This document shows, one piece after another, positions 42,044 through 52,513 of a stretch of DNA of 64,000 nt. Each line of letters starts with the position of its first letter. Position 1 is the stretch's first letter. The DNA lies in NCBI GenBank assembly GCA_963816905.1, contig CAWFMQ010000014.1:172715-236714 (forward strand), read 5' to 3'. The notes under the pieces are model-generated. The model was not told where the DNA came from and made no database searches. It saw only the letters and a list, made by a program, of their open reading frames with translations. This stretch comes from an uncultured Chloroflexia bacterium. GTDB taxonomy: Bacteria; Chloroflexota; Limnocylindria; Limnocylindrales; CSP1-4. A program made the position numbers and the translations under genes.

Positions 42044-43156
42044 CTATCCAGACGGTCGCACCACCCTCGGGCTGATTCTCGCCCCGACTCGCCCGCCGTG
42101 CGCCTCGACGAGTGCCCGCACGATCGACAGGCCAAGCCCGCTCGTTCCCGTCCGTCGATCCCGCGACGGATCGGCCTGGTAGAGGCGATCGAACACCCTC
42201 GGCAGGTCCTCCGGCGCGATGCCGCTGCCAGAGTCGTCGACGGCGATCCGGACGCGAGATCCGAGCCGGTGCGCGGTGATACCCACTCGGCCGCCGCGCG
42301 GGGTGTGCCGCAGGGCATTGTCCGTCAGGGCCGCCAGGACCTGCCGGAGTCGGTCGGGATCAGCGTCGACGACGCAGCCGGGCTCGATGTCGGCCGATAT
42401 CCGGATCTCCTCCGCCATCGCCCGCGCCTCGAACGCCGCAACGTCAGCGTCGGCCATCTCGGCGACATCGACCGGTTGGCGCTGGAGTAGCAACTCGCCC
42501 GCCTCGGCGAGACTGATCGTCCGCAGCTCGTCGACGATCCGGCTGAGCAGCTGCGTTTGTTCCCGGATCGTTCGCATGTATCGCACGTCCGGCGCGAAGA
42601 TCCCCTCCTCGATCGCCGCTGCCGTGCCCTCGATGACGGTGAGCGGCGTACGCAACTCGTGCGCAGCGTCCTGCATGAACCGGCGGCGCTGTGCGTCGGC
42701 CCGTTGCAGGTCGGCGGCCATCTCGTCGAACGACCGCCCGACTTCGCCGAACTCATCGCCCCGATCACCGAGCCCAGACCGACGGCTGAGTTGGCCCAAT
42801 GCCACCGCGCGCGAGGCGTGGGCGAGCTGGGTGAGGGGCCGCGCCATCCGATTGGCAGCGAAGAAGCCGACCAACGAGGCGGCGAGCGCGGCCGCCAGCG
42901 CCAGCCCGATGAGCGTCACGGTGGTGTCCTGCTGCACCTGGGCGGCGTGGATGCCTGCCCCCGGTCCGGGACCGGGGCCGTTCCCTCGCCCCTGGCCAGG
43001 TCCGCGTCCGCTGGGTACCGGGGCCTGGCTGGCCGTCTCCGACTCCAGCAGCGCGAAGCCCCTGCCGACGATCTGCGGCGTCCCGATCGAAACGACCGCG
43101 GCGGTAGCGAGCGCGACGGCAGCGAAGCCCAGGGCGATCTTGACGCGGAGGCTCAC
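42044..43156 (-). CDS. Sensor histidine kinase (HAMP-HisKA-HATPase_c)
   Basis: Two TM helices; HELRTPL H-box; G1/G2 boxes. GTG start overlaps the response-regulator stop. Confidence 0.8.
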   Translation of the reverse strand: MSLRVKIALGFAAVALATAAVVSIGTPQIVGRGFALLESETASQAPVPSGRGPGQGRGNGPGPGPGAGIHAAQVQQDTTVTLIGLALAAALAASLVGFFAANRMARPLTQLAHASRAVALGQLSRRSGLGDRGDEFGEVGRSFDEMAADLQRADAQRRRFMQDAAHELRTPLTVIEGTAAAIEEGIFAPDVRYMRTIREQTQLLSRIVDELRTISLAEAGELLLQRQPVDVAEMADADVAAFEARAMAEEIRISADIEPGCVVDADPDRLRQVLAALTDNALRHTPRGGRVGITAHRLGSRVRIAVDDSGSGIAPEDLPRVFDRLYQADPSRDRRTGTSGLGLSIVRALVEAHGGRVGARISPRVVRPSG

Positions 43157-43848
43157 GTGCCGTCCGTGGCTCGGGACGCGCGGTATCCGACGCCGCGCAC
43201 CGTCTCGATGTATGCGCCACCGTCCGGCCGCGGACCGAGCTTCGCCCGCATGTTCTTCACATGGCTGTCGATCGTACGGTCGAGCGATTCGAACGATTGC
43301 CCGAACAACTGCTCGCCGATCTGCTCGCGCGTCCACGCACGGCCAGGTTGCGCGACGAGGGTCGCCAGGAGATCGAACTCTGTCCGGGTGAGGGGCAGGA
43401 TCTCGCTGCCGCGTCGCGTCTCGCGGGCAATCGGATCGACCACGAGGTCGAAGTGGGTCAGCACGGCGTCGACGACCGGTCGCTCGAGCCGTCGCAGCAC
43501 AGCCCCCACTCTTGCGACGAGCTCGCGCGGTTCGAACGGCTTGGTGACGTAGTCGTCGGCGCCGAGCTCGAGCCCGGCGACTCGATCGATGACATCGTCT
43601 CGCGCCGTGAGCAGGATCACCGGGACCACCGATCCGGCCGAGCGAAGTGCTCGCAGCACATCGAAACCGGACCGTCGAGGAAGCATGACGTCGAGGACGA
43701 GCAGGTCGGGGTGGGCCCCCTGGGCGACGGCGATTGCCGCGTCGCCGTCTGCGGCGGTGAGCACCTCGTACCCCTCGCGCTCGAGGTAACCGCGCACGAA
43801 CTCGACGATGTGCGGCTCGTCGTCCACGACGAGGATCCGGGCATGCAT
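43153..43848 (-). CDS. OmpR-family response regulator
   Basis: MHARILVVDDEPHIVEFV... receiver + winged-helix ...YIETVRGVGYR... Confidence 0.85.
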   Translation of the reverse strand: MHARILVVDDEPHIVEFVRGYLEREGYEVLTAADGDAAIAVAQGAHPDLLVLDVMLPRRSGFDVLRALRSAGSVVPVILLTARDDVIDRVAGLELGADDYVTKPFEPRELVARVGAVLRRLERPVVDAVLTHFDLVVDPIARETRRGSEILPLTRTEFDLLATLVAQPGRAWTREQIGEQLFGQSFESLDRTIDSHVKNMRAKLGPRPDGGAYIETVRGVGYRASRATDGT

Positions 43849-43921
43849 TGGCTCAGCATAGGCGGACGGCCGGACCCGCAGAGGCCCGACCGTCCGACCA
43901 GATGTGACGGTTCGCGTTGGA

Positions 43922-44449
43922 TCAGTGATGCGCGGGTCCGTGCGGTCCGGTGCCGTCGCAGTCGCCGGGTCCGGGGCCGCCGGTACCGGCGCCGGATCCA
44001 TCACGGGCCCGCGTCCTGTCGCGGTTGGCCGAGGCGCCCTGTGGGCCGGCGCCGACGGCAGCGCCCTGCATGCCACTGGGCGCCGTGCTCGATACCGCCG
44101 TCTGAGCGCGGGACTGGAGCTGCGTCCGCAGTTGCGCCGCCTGCGCGTCGGTGAGCGCGCCGTTTGCGACGCGCGCCTGGATGCGGCTGGTCCACTGCGT
44201 GACGAGCGCGTCGACAACCTTCTGGACCGCGACCTTCTGGCGCGCGGCGATCTGGGCGAGGCTCAGGTTCTCGTGGCGAAGCTCGCGGATCTGGGCGTCG
44301 CTCAGGCCGAGGACGGAGGCGACTGTCCCGCCCGACGTCGCGCTCGGCGAGGACGTGGGAGCGGCCGTGGGGCTCGCGGCGGCGACCGACGCGGCGAAGA
44401 GGAGGGAACCCAATACGGTGCCGCCGATCGCGGCCATCATCCTGCGCAT
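43922..44449 (-). CDS. Secreted hypothetical protein upstream of the two-component system
   Basis: Signal peptide MRRMMAAIGGTVLGSLLFAASVAAASP; Gln/Ala-rich helical region; Gly-rich C-terminus. Confidence 0.45.
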   Translation of the reverse strand: MRRMMAAIGGTVLGSLLFAASVAAASPTAAPTSSPSATSGGTVASVLGLSDAQIRELRHENLSLAQIAARQKVAVQKVVDALVTQWTSRIQARVANGALTDAQAAQLRTQLQSRAQTAVSSTAPSGMQGAAVGAGPQGASANRDRTRARDGSGAGTGGPGPGDCDGTGPHGPAHH

Positions 44450-44713
44450 TCGCAGTTCTCCTGTACGGCCCTTGCGGGCTGGATTGCCCGGCTGGGAAAG
44501 CAGCCGGGTTCTGAGGGCCCGAGCATCGGATCGGCGAATGGACGGGTCATGGAGTCGGCGGACAGGTTGCATGAAGTCGCCCGGGGTCGAGCCGCTCCCC
44601 CACCAGGGGCGCCCGGTACCCCGGAACCGGGCCGCCGTTGTCAGCTACTTGCGCAACCATGCAAGGACATGCTACGCTCCCTGCGCCGCGGGATCGGCCC
44701 GCGGATGGACAGG

Positions 44714-45094
44714 ATGAAGGTGGGGATGAGCCACTCGAACAGTCGGGACCCTGAGCAATACCGACTCCACGCTGAGGTATGCAGAGTCCTGACAGACCCC
44801 AAGCGGTTGATGCTCCTCGAGATCCTGCGCGACGGCGAGCGGTCGGTCGGCGAGCTCGCGAACGAGCTGGGCAGCACACTCGCCAACACGAGCCAGCACC
44901 TGGGCGTCATGCGATCCGCCGGGCTCGTAGAAACGCGCCGGAACGGAACGACCATCGTCTACCGGCTCGCGGAGCCCGAGATCGTCGAGGCCTGCGACGT
45001 CATCCATCGCATCGTCGACCGTCGCCTGGCGACGCGAACCGGAGCCCGCCGGCGGTTCGAGCCGGCCGTGTCAGCCGGCAGCACACCGAGGTGA
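44714..45094 (+). CDS. ArsR family transcriptional regulator
   Basis: ...LTDPKRLMLLEILRDGERSVGELANELGSTLANTSQHLGVMRSAGLVE... Confidence 0.75.
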   Translation: MKVGMSHSNSRDPEQYRLHAEVCRVLTDPKRLMLLEILRDGERSVGELANELGSTLANTSQHLGVMRSAGLVETRRNGTTIVYRLAEPEIVEACDVIHRIVDRRLATRTGARRRFEPAVSAGSTPR

Positions 45095-45096
45095 CC

Positions 45097-45502
45097 ATGT
45101 CCAGCGCCACCCAGTACGCATTCGGAACTCGAGTCCGCGGATCCATCGGGGATCTGCGTCCACGTGTCGAGGCAGCCCTGAAGGTCGAGGGCTTCGGCGT
45201 CCTCACCGAGATCGACGTTCAGGCGACGATGAAGGCGAAGCTCGGCGTCGATCGGGCGCCGTATCTCATCCTCGGCGCCTGCAACCCGTTGCTCGCCCAC
45301 CGGGCGCTCGAAGCCGACCCATCGGTGGGCGTGCTCCTTCCCTGCAACGTCGTCGTCCGGGAGGACGGCCCCGACACGATCGTCGAGGCCATGGATCCGG
45401 TAGCCGCCCTCGGAATCGTCGAATTCACCGAAGATCGAGCCAATTGCGCGCGAGGCCCGCGAGCGCCTCGAGCGCGTCATCAGCAGACTGGAGTCCAGGT
45501 GA
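45097..45502 (+). CDS. DUF302 domain protein (frameshift near 45432)
   Basis: RBS GAGGTG; ...EGFGVLTEIDVQATMKAKLG...YLILGACNP...LLPCNVVV.... The true C-terminus ...IEPIAREARERLERVISRLESR lies in another frame. Confidence 0.6.
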
Positions 45503-45777
45503 TGAGTCTCAATCCCTCGTCGAAGCCCGCGTCCGGGCACCGCGTCATCATGTTTTCGACGCCAACGTGCCCTTGGTGCAACCGGGCCAAGGGCTATCTC
45601 CGGAGCCGCAGCATCCCGTTCCGCGACGTGGACGTGAGCCGTGACCCGGTGGCCGCCCGCGACCTGGTCCGACGGACGGGCCAGATGGGCGTACCCGTCA
45701 TCGAGATCGACGGACGGCCGATCGTCGGCTTCGACCAGCCGCGCATCGACGCGGCACTCGGTTTGCATCTGAACTGA
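45502..45777 (+). CDS. Glutaredoxin-like protein (CPWC active site)
   Basis: ...HRVIMFSTPTCPWCNRAKGYL...VPVIEIDG...; TGATG overlap with the DUF302 stop. Confidence 0.7.
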   Translation: MSLNPSSKPASGHRVIMFSTPTCPWCNRAKGYLRSRSIPFRDVDVSRDPVAARDLVRRTGQMGVPVIEIDGRPIVGFDQPRIDAALGLHLN

Positions 45778-45790
45778 CAGGAGAAGGGTC

Positions 45791-46090
45791 ATGTCCAACC
45801 AGGTCCAACCGCTCGGCAGCCGGGTCCTCGTACGCCTCCTGCCGGAAGAGAGCGTGACCAAATCCGGGCTCTACCTCCCAGACACCGCGAAAAGAGAAGC
45901 CGCAGCGCGGTGAGGTCGTGGCGATCGGCGACGAAACGACAACGATCAAGGTCGGCGTCGGAGACAAAGTCCTGTTTCCCGAATACACGGGAACCGAGGT
46001 CCGGATCGAGGGCGAGGATCACCTGATCATCGATGGCACGGAGCTGCTGGCCACTCTCCGGGACGCCCCGGTTGCCGTTGCCGTCGTCTG
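45791..46090 (+). CDS. groES: Co-chaperonin GroES (frameshift in an A-run at ~45893)
   Basis: MSNQVQPLGSRVLVRLLPEESVTKSGLYLPDTAK then a +1 shift, ...EKPQRGEVVAIGD...EYTGTEV.... The indel sits in an AAAA homopolymer. No groEL follows. Confidence 0.65.
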
Positions 46091-46865
46091 ACCTACCGCG
46101 GCGCGTTTCAATGGCACCCTGCCCGACACCTTTCGGCGGGCCCCTCCGGTTATGCACATCAGGCTGGTAGGCTCGCCGGTGATCGACTCCGACTACTGGA
46201 CCCGCCTTGCGTCATTCGAGATCGAGCACTGGTCGGATCACGAGGAGGACACTCGGACTGCGCTCGGGGAACCGCACTACTTCCACCTGGTCGAACTCGT
46301 CGCTCGGCGTGTGACGCTCGACTGATTTGCCCACCGAGGTGACGCCCTCCTGGCAGGCACGCGCGGACCGAACGACTCGACCTGATGGCGGCCGATCGAA
46401 TGGCCTGTTTGGCGCTCCACCCGAGCCGGATCGACGTCAGCGCAGCCAGCGCGACCGGCCGCGGCGCGATCGGGTTCGGTGACTGCGGCCAGGCGGTTCC
46501 TCGCCAGCGAGCCGCGGCCTCTTGGTTTGCAGGACAGGCCAGATGGCTCTGGCCTCCGCGACGAGATGGGACACGTACACTCCGCTGGAGAGCACCAGGA
46601 AGGCGCTCACGAGGCGGACCCACGTGGCCCATTCGTCGCGGCCCAGGGCGCCGAGCGATCGGCGGCGGCGCCGTCGGCAGCGGCGCCAGTGGTTCCGGCT
46701 TGACGTGCACGCCTCCCGCCGATCAACCGCGTCACCCGGCGATCCCCGGCCCCGCGTGGACGCGGGTGCCACCGGACCTCGGCGCCCAGCGCGCGGTCGT
46801 GGACCCGAGAGCCGCGGACAGCTCGGCTCGCCCAGTGAAAAGGGCGGGCCGGCTATGCTGCCCGC

Positions 46866-48000
46866 GTGCCCTTCGGACTGATCAGCATCACGCCCGACCC
46901 GATCATCTTCGAGATCCCCGGCACCTTCGTCCGGATCGGCTGGTACGGCCTTGGCTACGTCGTGGCCGTCGCCGTGATGATGTGGGTGAGCCAGCGGGAG
47001 GCCGTATGGCGCGGCGTGGACCCGGGCCACATCCTGAACGCGCTGATCATCGTGGCCGCGTGCGCCATCGTCGGGGCTCGGCTGTACCACGTCATCGACC
47101 AGTCGGGCTACTACAGCCAGAACCTCCCCGCGATCGTGCTGCCCCCATACAGCGGCCTTGCCCTCTACGGCGGCATCGCGGGCGCGCATCGTCGGCATCC
47201 TGATCTACACGCGGCGCCACACCATATCGCTCCAGCTGGCGCTCGACATCTGCGTGCCGGGCACCCTGTTCGCCCAGGGCATCGCCCGGTGGGGCAACTT
47301 CTTCAACCAGGAGCTGTACGGCCCGCCGACGAACCTTCCCTGGGGCATCACCATCGGCTGCGACCATCGGGTCGCGCCGTACTACTGCCCCGGCGATCCC
47401 AACCTGGCCGCCGGCGCGGCCGCCTACCCGGTCGACACGACGGGATTCCACCCGCTGTTCTTCTACGAGTCGGCGCTGGACATCCTTGGTGGCTTCGTGG
47501 CCCTCTGGCTGTCCCGCCGCCACATCGACCGCCTCCGCGACGGCGACCTCGCCTCGTTCTGGCTGATCTGGTACGGCTCGGTCAGGTTCATGCTCGAGAC
47601 CTTCCGCTTCGACTACGACTGGAAGCTGCTGGGCATCATGCCCACTGCCATGGCGATCGGCTTGCTCGTGGTGGCGTTCGGGATCATATCGATCATCTGG
47701 CGCCATCGCTCCCCGCGGCCGATCGAGCCGGAGAGCGGTGAGCGTGAGGCTGACGGTAGGCCAGCATTGCACGACATGCCCGAGCCGGACGATCCCAACA
47801 AGGCGCCTCGGCTAACAACGGAGCCAGCCGACAGTGGCGCAAACGTCACGCTCGCCTCGCGCGCAGCCGCGCCGATAACCGCTGCCCCGGTGCTCTGGTG
47901 GGAGGTTGCATGCTTGCTCAAATGTGCGCATGGCTTCATCTGTACGGGCCGTTGGTTGCCTGTTGCCGGGACCGATTGGATCTATGGAGAACTGGCATGA
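46866..48000 (+). CDS. lgt: Prolipoprotein diacylglyceryl transferase Lgt (1-nt indel near 47185)
   Basis: N-part ORF 46866.. (GWYGLGYVVAV...), continuing in ORF 47158..48000 (...GIARWGNFFNQELYG...). Indel in a GCGCGC run. Long C-terminal tail. Confidence 0.8.
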
Positions 48001-48064
48001 GTTGATGCTTCCAACGCGGCGCGCGCCCGTCTGCGTGCCCCGAACCTGAAGGGAGCAACGAGTC

Positions 48065-48160
48065 TTGGCGAGAGAGACCTCAACAGTGCTGCTCAAGGGC
48101 GACGGGCTCCCGTTCGTCGCCCCGACCGGCACCGGACATTCGTTCGCCCTGGACGCACCC
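48065..48160 (+). pseudogene. OsmC-family gene 5' fragment (paralog of 62457..)
   Basis: ...TVLLKGDGLPFVAPTGTGHSFALDAP matches the N-terminus of the OsmC at 62457, then diverges. The ~130 bp upstream are ~78% identical to 62320-62455. Confidence 0.4.
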
Positions 48161-48357
48161 TGTACCAGCTCTACGCCTTTTCGAGATCCACCTCGCAGAG
48201 GAGAGTTGTACGCGCCTCAGGGGTACCGGTACTTTCGGCCCCCATGCGGTGTGCACCGGCACCGTGTCTGCAGGCGGCCGGCCTCGCGGCGCTCGGGCTA
48301 CCATCTCGGCACGGTGAGGCTGATCCGCGGTAGACCTCGACAGCGCGCCGGGCCTGC

Positions 48358-49207
48358 ATGCCGCTGACGGCGGGCGGCGACCTTGCGCTCCTGCTCGTGA
48401 GCGGGTTCGCCGGCCTGCTGGGGGCTCTCGGCGGCGTCGGGGGAGGCCTGCTCGTGGTGCCGGCGCTCACCCTGCTGTTCGGTGTCGACATCCGCCTGGC
48501 AGCGGGCGCCAGCATCGTGGCCGTCATCGCGACCAGTTCGGGCGCTGCCGCGGCCTACATCCGCGACGGCCTGGCGAACCTGCGGATCGGCATGTTCCTC
48601 GAAGTTGGCGACGACCACCGGCGCTGTGGTGGGCGCGCTCGTCGCGGGGTTCGTGGCATCCGAAATGCTGTTCCTGGTCCTCGGGATCATCCTGTTCGCC
48701 TCCGCCGGCATGCAGCTGCTGCGCCTGGCGGAGGATGCGCCCCCCGCGGACGACACCGCGGCCATGCACTCGCGACTGCAGCTTGGCGGGGAGTACTACA
48801 GCGTGCGGCTGCAGCGGTTCGTCCGCTACGTCGCCCGACGCGTCCCGCTCGGGTTCGCGCTGATGTGGGTCGCCGGCCTGGTCTCGGGCCTGATCGGGAT
48901 CGGGTCGGGCGCGCTCAAGGTCGTCGCCATGGACGCAGCCATGGGCCTGCCGATGAAGGTGAGTTCGGCGACCAGCAACTTCATGATCGGCGTGACCGCG
49001 GCCGCCTCGGCCGGGATCTACCTCGCGAGAGGGGACGTGGACGCGCGGATCACCGTCCCGGTGGCGCTCGGCGTGCTGGCCGGCGCGGTCGCGGGCGCCC
49101 GGTTGCTGCCGCGCATCTCCGGCCGCGCGGTGCGCCTGATCTTCATCCCCATCCTGCTGGTGATCGGGGTGGAGACGGTCCTGCGGGGCCTCGGGGTCGG
49201 GATATGA
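48358..49207 (+). CDS. Sulfite exporter TauE/SafE family protein (1-nt indel near 48600)
   Basis: ORF 48358.. N-part + ORF 48482..49207; DUF81 two-half-domain TM pattern. Confidence 0.75.
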
Positions 49208-49563
49208 GCGAGCGGCGCTTCGAGCTGGCCGTCAGCGTGGTGCTCATCGCCGGAGTTGCGGCCAGTGCCATCCTCATGGGGATCGGCTTCCTGGCGTCCT
49301 TCCTCGTGGGCTGGGGCGGCTCGCTGAGCGGAGCGCCTCCGCAACCGTTGGACGCGACGTCGTTCACGGACCTCGCGGACGGGCTGCGCGACCTGCGGCC
49401 GATCGCGATCGCCCAGGCCGGCCTCCTGCTGCTCATCGTCACACCCGTCGCCCGCGTCGCCATCGCGGTCGTGGGCTTCGCCCTCCAGCGCGATCGCGTG
49501 TATGTCGCGATCGCCCTCGCCGTCCTCGCGGTCCTGCTCACCTCGCTGCTCGCGGTCCGCTGA
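49204..49563 (+). CDS. DUF1634 family membrane protein (TauE partner)
   Basis: ATGA overlap with the tauE stop; 119 aa, 3-4 TM helices. Confidence 0.6.
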   Translation: MSERRFELAVSVVLIAGVAASAILMGIGFLASFLVGWGGSLSGAPPQPLDATSFTDLADGLRDLRPIAIAQAGLLLLIVTPVARVAIAVVGFALQRDRVYVAIALAVLAVLLTSLLAVR

Positions 49564-49829
49564 CCCGGAGTCCACAATCAGACCGTGCCCTCCGGGTCCA
49601 TCTTCACAGGATCGGGCACTGCAGGCGGGAGGCCGGCCATGGCCAACGAGACACCGACGGCGCAGGTGGTGAACGGCCAGGCCGGCGACCTGGTGCTCGT
49701 CGCACACCGGGGCGATCGTTCGGTGCTGCTCGCCATGGACCTGCCGCACGAGAAGGCCGACCGGCTCGCCGGCTTCGCGCTGTACCGCACGCCGCCGGGG
49801 AAGCGGACGGGGCCGCTTGCCGCTCCGGC

Positions 49830-50444
49830 CTACGCTCGCCGCCTCGCGACCAGGAGCGCATCGATCGGACCCCGCTCGGGAGGCGTGACGCGCCTGGCGA
49901 TCTCGGCGCGCTCGACCTCGAAATCGGGGTCGGCGTCGAGGAGGTCGCGGCCGATCTCCGCCGCGGTGAACAGCACGTCGGGGTCGCGCGGCCCGCCCTC
50001 GCCCTCGTCGAGGTTCGAGCGATCGTGGCCGACGACGACCAGGCGACCACCCGGCGCGACGGCTCCTGCCGCCCCCGCGTAGATCGGCCGACGGTCCGTG
50101 TCCGTCGGCAGGTGCAGGTAGACGATCGCCACAAGGTCAAAGGCCCGCTCCGGCGGCGCCCAGGAGAACAGGTCGGCTTCCACCCAGCGGACCTGCACTC
50201 CGGCGGCCTCGGCCTGCTTCCGCGCGTTGTCCAGTCCTACCGGTGACCAGTCGACGGCGGTGACGTCCCAGCCCCTCGCGGCGAGCCAGACGGCGTTGGT
50301 CCCGCTCCCGGATGCCAGCTCAAGCGCCCGCCCCGGAGTCAGGGCGGACACGGCGTCCGCCAATGCCGGGTTGGGCCCGGCACCCTCGAAGTCGCCGTCG
50401 CGGTGCCGCTCGTCCCACGCGAGGCGTCGTTCGTCCGGCGACAT
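49830..50444 (-). CDS. Class I SAM-dependent methyltransferase
   Basis: ...LELASGSGTNAVWLAARGWDVTAVDWS... motif I + post-I acidic residue. Confidence 0.7.
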   Translation of the reverse strand: MSPDERRLAWDERHRDGDFEGAGPNPALADAVSALTPGRALELASGSGTNAVWLAARGWDVTAVDWSPVGLDNARKQAEAAGVQVRWVEADLFSWAPPERAFDLVAIVYLHLPTDTDRRPIYAGAAGAVAPGGRLVVVGHDRSNLDEGEGGPRDPDVLFTAAEIGRDLLDADPDFEVERAEIARRVTPPERGPIDALLVARRRA

Positions 50445-50791
50445 CACGCGGAACCCCGCGCCACCGGCCGGCCGCTGCGGATCCAGGCGCTCGTGCCGCC
50501 CCTGACCGACGCCACGTCCTCGAAGCCCCTGGCGGCGAGGAATTCCGTGGCGGAGAGGCTGCGGCTGCCGGACTCGCAGATGACGGCAATGCGCTCGCCG
50601 ACCGGCAGGTTGCCGACCCGGCGCGGCAGCTGGTTCAGCGGCACGTGGAGTGCGGCGGGGACGTGGCCTCGCAGGTACTCCCAGTCCTCGCGGACGTCGA
50701 GGACCGTCACATTCCGATCTCGCAGCAGACCGTCCAATTCGTCGACGCTGATCTCCGGCACGGATCGGCGCATGAAGGAAAACAACGGCAT
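50444..50791 (-). CDS. Rhodanese-domain protein
   Basis: 115 aa; ...TVLDVREDWEY...IAVICESGSRS... catalytic Cys loop. Stop overlaps the methyltransferase start. Confidence 0.75.
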   Translation of the reverse strand: MPLFSFMRRSVPEISVDELDGLLRDRNVTVLDVREDWEYLRGHVPAALHVPLNQLPRRVGNLPVGERIAVICESGSRSLSATEFLAARGFEDVASVRGGTSAWIRSGRPVARGSA

Positions 50792-50814
50792 TGACACCTC
50801 CTTGTGGTGGTGGG

Positions 50815-51645
50815 TCACACGACCTGCAGCGCAAGGTACCCCGCGAGCGTCAGCACGACCAGCGCGAACCCGCGCCCCAGCGTTGCGGCCGGCAGGCGGG
50901 TCGAGAAGGTACCGCCGATCAGCCCTCCGGCGATCGCGCCCAGCGTGAAGAGCACGGTGATCGCAGGGTCGATCGACGCGCCCGTGCCCAGGTGACCCAG
51001 GAGCGCCGTTCCGCTGTTGATCGCGATGATCGGTAGGGATGTGCCGATCGCCTTCGACATCGGCAAGCGGAGGACGACCACGAGCGCCGGGACGATGAGA
51101 AAACCGCCGCCGACGCCGAAGAACCCGGTGAGGAGGCCCACGCCGACCGCCGTCACGATGAACGGGCCGAAGTCGACGATCGGGCACGCCGTCGGCAGCA
51201 TCGAGCGGAGGCGAGCCCGCATTGAGTGGAATGGCAGCGACGTCGTCGGAAGGAACTCGAGCTCGGCCACCTGTCGTTCGGCGGTGCGCTCCTGGAGCCG
51301 CGCCCGGCGCCAGGTCGCGATGGCCGCCACGACCATCAGGACGACGAAGGCCGCGAGCAGCTCGCTCGGCGGCACCTCGCGATTGAGGTACCCGCCGATC
51401 GCGGTGCCTGCGATCCCCACGACGCCGAACAGCAGGGCGCGCTGCCACAGCACGTTTCCGCGGCGGGCATGCGGTAGCGTCGCCCACGCCGCGCTGATCC
51501 CGACGACGATCAGCGACATCGTGGTCGCCTCCCGGGCGGGGACGCCGAGGACGCCGACGAGCAGCGGCACGGTCAGGATGGAGCCGCCACCACCGACCAG
51601 CCCGAGCGACAGGCCGACCAGCCCCCCGAGGACGATGGAGATCAC
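50815..51645 (-). CDS. Sulfite exporter TauE/SafE family protein (intact)
   Basis: 276 aa; duplicated Gly-rich TM half-domains (GGGGSILTVPLL.. / GVGGGFLIVPAL..). Confidence 0.8.
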   Translation of the reverse strand: MISIVLGGLVGLSLGLVGGGGSILTVPLLVGVLGVPAREATTMSLIVVGISAAWATLPHARRGNVLWQRALLFGVVGIAGTAIGGYLNREVPPSELLAAFVVLMVVAAIATWRRARLQERTAERQVAELEFLPTTSLPFHSMRARLRSMLPTACPIVDFGPFIVTAVGVGLLTGFFGVGGGFLIVPALVVVLRLPMSKAIGTSLPIIAINSGTALLGHLGTGASIDPAITVLFTLGAIAGGLIGGTFSTRLPAATLGRGFALVVLTLAGYLALQVV

Positions 51646-51998
51646 GCGGTCGGGCCCGCCGGCCGGGCTTCCGGCCCCGCAACCGGACCGCGCGAGAACC
51701 CGGGCACGTGCTCGCCCGTCATCCGCTCCTGGATGCGGACCGCGATCGCCTCCTCCACCACCGCGTCCGGGTCGCGCAGTCCGCCCATCGTGGCACGCAC
51801 GCCGACGAGGCTCGCGTACAGCGGCGGGCAGGTGGGACAGGATTCCAAATGGCGCTCGACGGTCGAGCGCGTCCGGCCGTCAAGCTCGCCGTCGAGATAC
51901 GCCGAGACGTGACGGCGCGCCTGCCAGCAGCGGATCGGCTGGGCCAGGCTCGCCTGGCGCCGTGCGTCGTCCTTCGCCAGTGCGCTCACGACCATCAT
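51642..51998 (-). CDS. Anti-sigma factor, zf-HC2 type (HxxxCxxC)
   Basis: ...ARRHVSAYLDGELDGRTRSTVERHLESCPTCPP... In the same frame as the sigma-factor C-terminus with no intervening stop. Confidence 0.45.
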   Translation of the reverse strand: MMVVSALAKDDARRQASLAQPIRCWQARRHVSAYLDGELDGRTRSTVERHLESCPTCPPLYASLVGVRATMGGLRDPDAVVEEAIAVRIQERMTGEHVPGFSRGPVAGPEARPAGPTA

Positions 51999-52492
51999 CC
52001 TTCCGCGCCGCAGGCGCTGTTTCGCCGCCGGCAGCCCGATCTCCATCGACGACGGCGATCTCGGCGGCCGTCCAGCCCAGCGCGTCGTGCAGCACGACCG
52101 GCAACCGGTAGATGACCGGGAGCCGCGCCAGCGCATCCTCGAGCTCGTCGCGGAGTTCGGCCCGTTCGAGCACCCGCTCCGGCTGGACCGAGTATTCGTC
52201 GTCCTGCCAGTCGGCCTCGATCGGCGTCGATGTCCAGCTCGTCATGGTGGCGCCGCGACCGGTCGATGATCCGGTTGACAAGGCTGCGCCGCAGCCAGGC
52301 CGGGAGCGCAGCGGGGTCGCGCAGCTGGTCGCGACGCCGCCACGCCCCGATGATCGTCTCCTGGGCGCAGTCCTGCGCGAGATCGGGGTCGGCCAGCAGG
52401 CGAGCGGCCAGCCGGACGAGGCGCGGCAGTTCGCCCGCCAGCCTCGTGCCGAACTCGTCCGCGTCCGCCGGTGGGTTCGTTGCGGCCGTCAC
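51998..52492 (-). pseudogene. ECF (sigma-70 family) sigma factor, two frameshifts
   Basis: Region 2 ...DCAQETIIGAWRRRDQLRD... (ORF 51995..52492); region 4 ...LPVIYRLPVVLHDALGWTAAEIA... (ORF 51880..52281), then ...LPAAKQRLRRGR (ORF 51642..). Confidence 0.65.
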
Positions 52493-52513
52493 TGGCTCTC
52501 TTCCGTCATCGGC

